This document shows, one piece after another, positions 22,001 through 30,200 of a stretch of 64,000 bases of DNA (position 1 is the stretch's first letter; each line of letters starts with the position of its first letter). This DNA is from a virus: IMG/VR virus record IMGVR_UViG_3300048839_001082, positions 1 through 64,000 of that record. One strand, 5' to 3'. The translations under genes and the position numbers were made by a program. The notes beneath the pieces were generated by a model. It saw only the letters and a program-made list of their open reading frames with translations, searched no databases and was not told the origin of the DNA.

Positions 22001-22662
22001 TGTTGAAAAAGAGTTTTTTCAAGAATAAAGAAGAAATTCCAACCGGTGCGCCTTTGACCGCGACATCCGGTACACTTTCGCCATTGATAGCCTCTGAAGG
22101 TAGTCCTTTATTGTCTGAAACGATTAATCCTTTTGAAAGCTTAGAATCGTTAACGGAAGACTTCAAAGTCTGGTTTGATGGTTTCGATGCGACATTAACG
22201 GATGGTCTAAAAAGTATCGAATCTATTGATCTGAGTACGCCACTGGCAGGATTGGGCAAGTTATTATCAGACAACCTAGATGAAGCTATCAATATGTTCA
22301 TAAAGTTTACTGGTGGTTTTGCTTCCGGTGGTTTTGTCAGTGGACCGGGCACGAGTACTTCTGATTCTATTCCCGCAATGTTATCTGCGGGTGAATTTGT
22401 TGTAAATGCAGCATCTGTCAAAAAATTCGGCCCATTACTTGAATCTATTAATTCAGGACGTCCTCGTAATTTTTCTGGAGGCGGTCTTGTGGCACCTTCG
22501 CCATTAGCTGAAAGACCTGTTTCAGTCGGTGGGCAGCAAATCATAAACCTTAATATAACTGGTGATATTAGCCGACAAACAAGAAGTGAGATTTACGCAA
22601 TGATCCCACAAATAGCCGGCGGAGTTAATTTACACAACAGAGAGAAAGGTTTAAAGGTATAA
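13069..22662 (+). CDS. tape measure protein, about 3200 aa, with three GPG..SDSIPA.LS.GEFVVNA repeats and an HExxH module
   Basis: N-terminal tape-measure domain (QLGQGLSAGALRGEELNSVMEQAPRL); hydrophobic helical middle; GGAG RBS before ATG 13069. Confidence 0.9.
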   Translation: MSGIRIDVDAKTSQSEKDLKRINESLRNIEKTTNSASRALSNTFKGISTTIISGGAFLALKNISSEFTNLSNKIALVTGRTESLIVSQRKLYQIAEDTRSSLTGTVDVFSSFGRSLKSTGISTENILKTTKTVQQAIALSGSNAVAASNAIIQLGQGLSAGALRGEELNSVMEQAPRLAQAIADELGVTTGKMRLLAAEGKLATDVVFTALLKQAAQINKEFKVLAPTMEQSTSFLVSSMKFYVNELDKGLNLSAFLSAKMFEVGKGIKAASNNALELGANLAASYHTVLKNIRAIGGPLLVSLSELGKQFANVIPKLHLTKTLKGDINEAIRIFDDKLLGGFINSFKKFKFVNVFSIRSDVEKAITELKRLSPKYWAASGWDIPTFKKFFSKENLSKYQVAFGNLAKAITGNTNSISSTITNLAKTADYGFKALSRYFGFRPDTLIAFTGGQIDTFLMTLSEVTRGFSGITVKIWEFNRLVIDNFLPGVHALGLALADVFKELPNIIWKALKSVTIGFVSFIRNFTQVLKELVFTDFEVNFKQIFESALDAFNNFVDDLSDKDIFENIYKNIKSFGIRVINVFKDIYDKVIGNSWWTDTIEAIIDTSHSLWDKASSGLNDFGRNTINLFKDIFNQNRRLKFSIPSFKLTFDKFPRIEINSITDAFESASIRVKQFFSDLFDSFPSIAKMAFVAAAGVLVFALFPPGIIKTALLAAIVTSLATSATVIGEAFGASLTGGSFVYDMGYKLGKVAGLFVATVIREFPKVVNVFGGAISAFFRGIIEELPILNTAIKGVFSVFDTVGLAGPLGIFGTIFFGKKLGFFDALKKVSVVGPALKFFGLIETKKGKKDKSGDKDGSIWTSLFGTFGAVRTVSALTLITSQLGGFDSIFAESKWMKAALDVGLLYLSLFGDKGLDNLQAILFKTVIKPVREMFRTLKGDSFIANGIFDVIFGDKGGWIERASSFMKGVFTAIGENVANIAAPRIKQGYEFLKILLLGKDPSKTIESIKNVARLAMFNVQDTIAKIGSVFKFSGPLMPRGASKYAAQYQDLMSQTFGKTAAVLEAETKRTAEKITKIGGETGLMGRAFLGKHGTKILVGSILAAFAAMAIASQDAEAKIRTPLDDTIDILRDLKVPNPFKEFALETTAVILPLLFGALVLFRQNVTNLFNKWSGALVAESAAKGILGRIANSSLAFKRVGATIGAAVVAGFVGYGLSDGNAMMALYAADAAGTLAFVFKDQLAKLFTVSAFAKIIAMIGGLISFLLNPWVWIPAAALTAGGLLGIWLFGKEGEFFNDLDKAKDKILQLISFGYLGKQPELGPRSLSKNSEQFLTKQNIDLGFDLDDINFEKVSSKDRELLNESIRNLETAIVDAIKEDKQEGRIDFPTYDRIKAMDRKIANMATNLRISSSQNDVPFSEVLKQSAYIQPEGRLGLKLSELKKFGAELAYSINVGLTKFSRYGAKPEDKLRYTERLDELKAEQNRRYNPNFRFRTDAATKELLDLAKNAEDSVVFTNEAIETALGEARIKLERIDALVREQETTMFGSYKPLEMTGRQGEYNQTLLNGFNSARDEALQRVREKLAFDREEKAIRKFNKQLNEVETVAKNILKLEFDVEDIFAFDQHSFNNMVRITTEVDALGKALIKTSDIASRNAIILKIKEQRDQFVYEQSEARLAEPVYNQSRLPEFMSEAGMQMSPEFANSLSDFNAGIIAKIATDLSNKIKKSKLKVPGSPEYTVLAEEIRADQDANARFIADLAKSNQETFFYVKDLAGKYEVDFPGLMKKYGLSGAKTLLSKLADKEQARSDAIAKGDIGILPGIDNDIARFKETLAEIPLDVQTMLSTIGNVGVSIDINDLFNAPELLATLTEVANRLREIDKDFKFKGPTLTSEGLDSILIRQQAQQRAAFASSLKTIDNTPQKLGTLLSNYGADTSKDISALTESTRNYIVELERVKTTIEFLRKSRQSPADTEALFQMDTLFNRLTESFKNRLKKVGEVFGEVNSTLNLELTESQFFGFSKAARKTLSDYANYFARGIEAIRDSFDGKDMFGTSAEDFYKKYKAVLKKLEFIKVVETSLESISDVVTDGLGAQFSKLSSAMGDLQIDKSSFATLPSELRESSTKSALAVNALSGLNDLSGLSEEQRALINTLSPDGSNAESILNQIVEELRRSNLTELDPQIAEFLKSQSEFPRSQLDATNNLSSAIWTLKDTIDALILKFPMAVPKFASGGSIKGPGSGISDSIPAWLSNGEFVVNAKQTKKHRGLVEAINKDRLPRFADGGYFGNPLHMIDSLDDTINVDELLKVYPKFQDILNLKENTSAELVKRFGNNLDLNNLNPKAFLEFRKISDSYAESLANLLNLDLNLTDDLDVFRFEPDLKLGSEQVRKSFINLPELGAKYADFPNKTAAEAIRYHEFGHAIAFKSRNLPIDLGPDVDPGLTAAMFRRVKVPITESGNLVLKDFLGTPLSSISMEDAIKQFNLPDALLERYKKTSPILFDEVEAWRIGDLISPLKLNTKPFERAALGTYSNPGLTQTFVRMQYADELKSLSFKETPTHSALVLKEATAALSNPLDVDAYLARVNAFPDFATLKENTPDALQKDLLIYKRMFDEKASQTLMGKATLPQKAKAFAELSKSVLKNAAKNSIALIKNPNFVPSLIGGVAVEELLRRTLPIEDHFIGLADQMEGTLPIEMRGVIAAYGAFAQSLLGLVVGNLVGDKIFGAKRLFKVFSKNTFANGGSVKGPGGPVEDKIPAFLSNGEFVVNAASTKKHRALLERINSAKGYKLGGPVGDNQDVIERALRGIQYGQIDALQGVRKLRAQASILDINLNPLQFEVLDQKKREEFRSLLENAFRARIEALDAKTPELAAAAHRALTNVDEFMDKYMTRFADPAKEAGANFARDSEENFQSGLADLLKGNTAEGKSIGKTFADNFLDQFTNSVINTFAKGITDQLFGKDSPITEVLKEAGTGIFGVLKKSFFKNKEEIPTGAPLTATSGTLSPLIASEGSPLLSETINPFESLESLTEDFKVWFDGFDATLTDGLKSIESIDLSTPLAGLGKLLSDNLDEAINMFIKFTGGFASGGFVSGPGTSTSDSIPAMLSAGEFVVNAASVKKFGPLLESINSGRPRNFSGGGLVAPSPLAERPVSVGGQQIINLNITGDISRQTRSEIYAMIPQIAGGVNLHNREKGLKV

Positions 22663-22663
22663 T

Positions 22664-23260
22664 ATGTACGGCATCCTCAATGGCACTACAGTCATTGCTA
22701 AATTCGTGGCACCTTTGTCAGTGAAAAGCAATGTACCGGTATTCGTGTCGGATGCCCTTTCATTAAAGAGAACAGTAACTAAAAGAAATGCTCAACGTTG
22801 GGAGATCTCAACGAATCTTGAGCCGTTATCTGTTGGTGCGAATGATTTATTCGCACTACTCGTTAATAAAGGTGCATCTGAAGTATTGACTATTCAAATG
22901 CCTCAAAATTATGGGGTTATTAAGAAAAGAGTATCCACAGCCTCTCCTAATGTTGATGGGCTATTGGGTGCTACAAACGTAAATGTTTCTCTAAACAATG
23001 GATTGATCCCTGCAGGTACTTTTATTAGATTTTCGAATCACAGTAAAATTTATATGGTGACTGCTGATTTCAATCAAACCGCAGGAATAATGAGTATTTT
23101 TCCTGGACTACTGATTGCTGTGCCGCCGGGTCAAATATTTAAACATCAGGACGATGTTGAAATGTTGTGCAGATTTGATACCGATGTTGTTATTGGCATG
23201 CAATACACAGACGGCATTCTAATGGATGTCGGCACAGTGAATTTAATAGAGGCACTATGA
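22664..23260 (+). CDS. putative distal tail protein
   Basis: Immediately after the tape measure; AQRWE and GTFIRFSNHSKIY motifs; ends in L.EAL. Confidence 0.6.
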   Translation: MYGILNGTTVIAKFVAPLSVKSNVPVFVSDALSLKRTVTKRNAQRWEISTNLEPLSVGANDLFALLVNKGASEVLTIQMPQNYGVIKKRVSTASPNVDGLLGATNVNVSLNNGLIPAGTFIRFSNHSKIYMVTADFNQTAGIMSIFPGLLIAVPPGQIFKHQDDVEMLCRFDTDVVIGMQYTDGILMDVGTVNLIEAL

Positions 23261-23826
23261 TTAAAATATCTACAGGGCTTTCTGATTTACTGTTAGAGCA
23301 AACTGTTGAGTCTTTCTTTCTTGTGGATCTGAATAATGGTTTTAGAAAGACATCAAATGCATTTAATATAACCTATAACGGTAATTTATATATTGCTGAT
23401 GGAACTCTTTTGACTGTGGAACCTCCTCAAATGTCTTCGATCGTTGATCGTCAAGCTTTTAAAATTGTTATGTCCGATGTGAATATGGAAATGGGTGTGT
23501 TGGCGGAAGCCGGAATGTTAGGTACGCCTGTAAATGTATATATGGGTTTTATCAACATTGGAACAGATCAACCCCATACTGAGCTTGATAAATTTTTAAC
23601 GATTTATAGCGGTCATATCGATGGTGTTAGTTATCGCTATGATACTTCACTAATCGGAGAAAGAGCCTTTATATTGACATGCACAACACCAATGAGTGAT
23701 TTAGATCTAAAGAAACCGATATATACCAGTCAAGACTATCTTGACAAAAATTATCCCGGCGATACCTCGTATCAACAGATATACGAGGGTTCCGGCCCGA
23801 TTGAATTAAGATGGGGTAAGATATAA
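23257..23826 (+). CDS. putative baseplate hub/minor tail protein (gpL/DUF2163-like)
   Basis: Synteny; Y.G.ID, YPGDT and terminal WG motifs. Confidence 0.6.
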   Translation: MIKISTGLSDLLLEQTVESFFLVDLNNGFRKTSNAFNITYNGNLYIADGTLLTVEPPQMSSIVDRQAFKIVMSDVNMEMGVLAEAGMLGTPVNVYMGFINIGTDQPHTELDKFLTIYSGHIDGVSYRYDTSLIGERAFILTCTTPMSDLDLKKPIYTSQDYLDKNYPGDTSYQQIYEGSGPIELRWGKI

Positions 23827-24197
23827 TGGTAGCTCCAGTAGTATTGTTTTGGATTAATGTAGCAGTTACAGCAGCTTCAATGGCTTATCAAGCAGATAAG
23901 GCACACAAGGCCAGAAAGAAAGCCAGAGAAGCAGCTGAAGCTCGTAAAGGTTTTGATGTGGTGGTTGAAGGTGAAGTGATGCGTCTTCCTATTGTATATG
24001 GAAGAGCTAAAGTAGGTGGTGTTCGCGTATTCCATGGCACTAAAAATAGTTTTGAATATGTAGAGCCTAATAGTGATCCTGCTTCGCGATTTCTAACTGG
24101 AACTCCTGATACTACTGCTCAGCAATGGACAGGATGGTCTGATAATGGCGGGAGTCCTGGTAATGGCGGTGGTATCGGTGACACCGGTGGTGGATAA
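23826..24197 (+). CDS. N-terminal part of a split tail-tip protein
   Basis: Hydrophobic N-terminus plus LPIVYGRAKVGG, typical of tail-tip N-termini; Gly-rich C-terminal tail. Confidence 0.65.
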   Translation: MVAPVVLFWINVAVTAASMAYQADKAHKARKKAREAAEARKGFDVVVEGEVMRLPIVYGRAKVGGVRVFHGTKNSFEYVEPNSDPASRFLTGTPDTTAQQWTGWSDNGGSPGNGGGIGDTGGG

Positions 24198-24213
24198 TTT
24201 ATAAGGAACAATC

Positions 24214-27200
24214 ATGCCCGGTGGAAATCCATATGAAGATTATGCAGCATCAGTTGATGCACAATCCGCTGCCGAAGCTGCGGTAGTCCCTGAACAATAT
24301 AATACAGTAACAATTCCCGGAACGGTTTTAAATAAAACTGTTGAAGGTGAAAAGAATGAGTTTTTATTTATTCAACAAGCATTATGTGTAGGACCAATTC
24401 AAGGTGTTTATGATGTGTTAATTGATGATGGTTTAGGGCTTACTGAACCTTCACTAGGTGCTGCAGGTTATGAAGATTTAGATGCAAAACCACTTTACCA
24501 AAGTGCGGCAATGCGTTTTGATATTCATAATGGAAATGGTGAAGAAGCTGATAATATCTTAGTAAAGAATTTTCCATCTAGATACTCAGCTAAATTTCCA
24601 AATACTGCGAATGCTTCTATCTGTGTTAAGCTAGATAGAGAAAATCCGCAATTCAATGGCGTGCCCAATGCGCAATTTTTCATCGAAGGTAAATTAGTAA
24701 GAGATATTACAAGGTCAGGCTCAGTTGGTGCTTATACTTACGCACTCACTGGTTTTGTTTACAGTAACAATTCCGCACTTTGTTTATTAGATTATCTTTT
24801 GTTATCGGAAGGTGGAAAAGGACTTTCAGCTTCACAGATTGATCTTGAAAGTTTTTATGATGCCAGAATTTTATGTGACACACCCGTATTAGATAATGCT
24901 TTAATTGGTGGACGTATTTGGAGACCTGAATCTGGCAGAAGAAGTGTTTCACAACGAAACCTTCCACTCTATGAATGTAATATTGTAATAGACACTGAAA
25001 AGACAATCCGTGAAAATGTCGAAGCAATTCTTAACACAATGGGAGACGCTCGACTCGTGTGGAGTCAGTCTAAATATAAACTGGTAGTGGCCTACCCTGA
25101 TTCAAATGCAGCGATTCCATACAGCGGTGAAATCACGGATGATGAATTGGTGCTCGGAGAGCCTATTGATATTTCTTGGCCAACTTCCTCAGAACGCCTT
25201 AATTTTTGTACAGTTCGGTTCAGAAATGAATCGATGGATTTTAAAGAGGATTCTGTTTCATGGCCTCCGAAACAATCAGGTACGTACCTCAGAGGAATTG
25301 GAGCATATTCTTACCCGATAGTTACAGGTTGGCCTTTGGGTGAAACTACCAGTGTGTTCATGAATGCGAATGCTGTTTGGACGGGCGGGACAGATAATAC
25401 ATTTGTTTGGAAGTTCGCAGTAAAGAATTCAGGTGCGCATACTTTAGACATTGCAGTTGATGATGATGGTTTACTCAATGTCAGAAGGAATGGTATTTTA
25501 GAAAGCAACGCCACGAATGTCGGTACTGGTAATAACTGGCGAAACTTCGTAACTCGCAGTTTTAATTGGGTTGAAGATGATATTATTGAAGTTACGATTC
25601 TCGCTAACAATTACCAAGGGCGTATTGCCGGTGTCGCTGGTAGAGTTCTGAATGTTGCCCTTCAAGCTCAGATATGGACCACGAGGTCACCTGCTTATAC
25701 TGATTTTGTTACAGTTAACCAAGATAAAACAGTTTATGATGAATTTTTAACTGAAGATAATAATATTCTTCTTGAAGCAGATATCTTCGCGGACGGTATT
25801 TCAGATTATTACCATGCTTTGGCGAAAGCTGAGGAAATGGTTAGAACAAGCAGAAGCGCATTTATTATTGAATTCACTTACAAAATTAAAGATAGATATT
25901 ACGAACCGGGTGACTTCGTTAAATTGACCAGTTCTACTTTGAATTTTGATGAATTGCCTTTAAAGACCGATGAGATTAAATCAAAAGACGATTTCACGGC
26001 TACTGTGAAGGCTACCAGATTTGACTATACTCAGTTAGCTTGGAATGTAAATGATAATGAATACATTGCTCCGAAAGCTGCCTACGATTTTCTTTTAAAT
26101 GCTCCGAGTGAAGTCGTTTTGGATCGTGAAATAATCTCTAACTTACAATCTTCAGGAACAGTTCGGTGGAAATCAACAGGTGATTCTAAGATAATTGGGT
26201 ATATTGTTTATGTAAATAAAGGTGGTGATAACGATGCAAATGGTTATCCTTTGTTTACTGAAGTGGGCAGAACTGGAATAAGTGAAGAATTCGAACTTCC
26301 AACCCTAGGCTATATGTATGGCGGTGTGGGTGTTAAAGCAATTTCTAATACATCCAGTTCAAAAATGACGGTTAACGCACAAGTCATTTTTAATAATCGT
26401 AAAATTGCATTGACAAGCAGCGATACACAGTTTATTAGAAGAGGTCCTGTTGATGAACCTAGTACAATAACACTGACAGCACACATTGCCGGATATGTGA
26501 ATCCAGTGATCCATTGGTACAAGAACGATGTGCTTTTGCCTGACTCTTCAACAACACTTGTTATTTCTTCAGATCCTGATGGTCTAAGTGTTGTTTATAG
26601 ATTAACAGTTGAAGAATCAGAATTTGTTTGGAATGGTGAACACAGAACAGCTCTCTATAGTACAATTACCATAGCCACACTGTCTGTCGGAAATGCGGCA
26701 TTTACGGACTACATATTTAGACGTGCTTTAACTATGCCGGCAACACCTACAGAACAAGGGATGCCGGCAGGGTGGTACGACACGCCTCCCACACCAAATG
26801 GAAATCCATTATGGGTAACGTGGGCTGAAAAAGATTCTGATGGTTTCCTGATCACATCTTGGGTCACTCCCGTGAATATTGAATCGGGTGATATTCATGT
26901 TCAATATAGTAAAGATGGTATTGCTGATTGGCATGATGTATTTGCTCCCGGCGATCTTTTCATTCATTACAATGTGAATGGAGGGGCTTGGTCAGCAGCG
27001 ATACAAATTTCTTTTGAAGGTATTGATTATTTAACAACTCATTTCATATTCACACGTTCCTTACTTGACCCTCCAGCTCTTGATAATACCGCAGATGAGC
27101 CTGTCGGATGGCTTGATGCGCCTCCAACAAACACGTTATTAGGTCCGCTGTGGTTTAGCACCGGCCAACGTTATAAAAATGGTCAGCTGAATAATGTGTG

Positions 27201-30200
27201 GAGTCCTCCCGTCAAATTAGAAGGCGAGGGTGTTATAGCTGAATACAGTGTTACTGGATTACCTGGCACATGGCACTCTGTATTTGCTGAAGGTGATCTT
27301 TATGGTCGTTACAAAGTTGGTGATGGTGACTGGTCAATTGCGGCAAGAATCGTTGCGGAAAATGGAACTTATGTTAGCTATATCTTTAAAAGATCAGCTA
27401 CAGATATAAGTGGAACACGACCCACGGGAAATGATCCCACATCAAATCAGGGATGGTTTGATGCGCCTCCAGCGGCTAATGTTAATGGTGATCCACTCTG
27501 GGCAAGTTTTGCTAATAAAACACTTGATGATGTTGTGATTGGGCTTTGGAGTTTCCCGGTACAGCTTGAAGGTGGTGCTTTTAAGATAGAATATAGTGAT
27601 GATGGTTTGGGAGATTGGAATGCTACTTTCAATGGGACCACACATAAATGGGCTCGCGTAAGTCAAGATAATGGTGCTCACTGGTCACCTTCATATAAAA
27701 TAGTTGGTGAAGATGGAACATCTTTTGTACTCAAAGGTACAAAGGCAACTGTGGGTGATCTGCCAGCTTCCGGAAATGCAGTGGGTGATATTTGGATTGT
27801 GACCGCGGACGGGAATGGTTATGCATGGGATGGTGATTCTTGGAATAATGTAGGCTCAATTCAAGGACCTGAGGGGGCTGCCGGTAAATATTCCACATTT
27901 GTGTTTAAACGAGCACCGGCAACACCGGTACCGACAACACCTACAGGGAACGATCCGACCGCACAAGGCTGGCTTGATTCCCCTCCAGCTGCGGATAACG
28001 GAAAGCCATTATGGGTCTCAACGACTTACAAAACAGCCGCGGGTGTATTGATCTCTCCGGGCTGGACCACTCCGGTACAATTGGAAGGTTCCGCCGTAAA
28101 GGTTCAATATAGTGATGATGCTGCTGGTACCAATGGATGGTTTGATACTTTCAATGGCACTACTCACAAATGGGCACACTACTCAACGGATGGTGGTTTC
28201 AATTGGTCGGCTTCAATAAAGATTGTCGGTGAGGACGGTGCTGACGCTATTTACGTTGATTTGACATCTGAATCGGATGTTACTGCAGCGGAGGCTGACG
28301 GCACCGGGTACGTACTCCCTTCAAGCAATCAATTAAAATTGTATGTTGGCGGTGTACATACAACAGTTGGTGTTACTTACGGTGGTAATGGGACTGTATC
28401 GGGCCTTACGGCAAGCATTAATACTTCAGGTGTGATCACATTCTCAGGTGCAAGTTGGACTTCAGATACGGTGGAATTCACGTTCACCGCGACACTCAAT
28501 TCTATCAGTTATTCAGCCAAATACACTTACGCAAAATCAAGAAAAGGTTCCGATAGTATTTTTCCGGATCTTTTATCTGAAGCGGATGTCATTTCAGCAA
28601 ATTTATCGGGAGTTTTGACAGCTTCTTTGCCGACGGGAAATAAATTCAATTTGCATAAGGGTGGTTTTATAATCCCATCAGCGCAAGTTGTCTTCGGCGG
28701 TAGTACTACGAGAAATGGATTGACATTAAATATTGGTGCTTCAACTGGAGTTATTACACTCACTCAAAATCCCACTTGGACAAGTCTTTCTGAATCCTTT
28801 GTGTTAACTGCTACATATGGCCCTCCAGGTTCTGAAGTTGTGTACAGTAAAATTTACACCATATCTAAAGCACAACAAGGTGCGACGGGTGATGCCGGAT
28901 CGAAAGGTGATACCGGTGAGCAGGGTGCACCGACCTATACATGGGTTGCTTATGCTAATGACGCTAATGGCACTACGCTCTTTTCGACGACAGACCCCGT
29001 CGGTCGTGCATATATTGGTCTAGCTTTCAATCAGTTAACACCGACACCTGAAGCATGGCCTGGATATTATACATGGTCTTTAATCAAAGGCGAACAAGGT
29101 ATTCCGGGTGTCGGTATTCAAGGACCTCCTAGCTATACTTGGATAGCTTATGCAAATAACGCTACAGGCTTAAATTTCAATACAGGAGCTTGGACTAACG
29201 AAACTTATATCGGTATTGCTGTAAACAAATCAACTGCGGATGAATCCGGAAGTGTTTGGTCGGATTATGTGTGGTCAAAAATTCAAGGTTCGAAAGGTGA
29301 TACTGGGAATCCTGGTCAACGCACCATAATTTTGACCTGTTATAAATGGTATATGAGCGCACCCGCAGTCAATGATTATACACAGGTTGTGACTTATACA
29401 TGGGCAGGCGGGCCTATAAGCTATCCAGGTGGTACTATTGCATGGGCGACAGCTGCTCCCGCAAATACCTTGGGGGAAGGCGCATCATTATATCAATTAG
29501 AATTACATATAACAGACTTAACGGGTATTTCGACTCAAACAGTTTCCAATTGGTCCGCGGCAAAACTAAATGTAATTGGATATACACCCGCAGGTATTGT
29601 TGGTGCCAATGGGCAATCCGCAAGAAAAGCCTACAAAGTTACTACCATACTTTCTCCAGCGCCAAGCGTTACTGCAGGAGTGGGAGATGCAGCTCCGACG
29701 GGAGGATGGTCGTTTATTGCCACAACAACACTTGCTTCGTATGAATATCAATTCACTGTGGATGGCATTCTAACTCCCGGTGGTAATATTACATGGGGAA
29801 ATCCTTATTTAGCTTCATGGAAAGTTGGTAATTTACAAGCTATAGCCGTCGATACAGGTGCTCTTAATGTTTCATTAGGGATGACGATTTCTGATACAGG
29901 GAGCATTGCGTCATCAGGTGCTACTGCTTTTGGAACAGGTGTTGGTATCTGGCAAGGTTATGAAGCAGGTCAATACAAAGCCAGATGGGGAAATCCCACA
30001 GGCGCTAGAGTGCAATGGACAGGTACCAACTTTCAAGTTTATAATACAAACAATCAACTTGTGTTGAGTGCGGGTGGAGCGGTGTGGGATTATGTTACAG
30101 GGACGGGCAAACCCGCGAACAATGCGGGGACGGTAATTGATGGTTCAAGAACCACAAACCCGCAACCTCAAGAATTTCCGCCTCATGAAACATTTTATCT

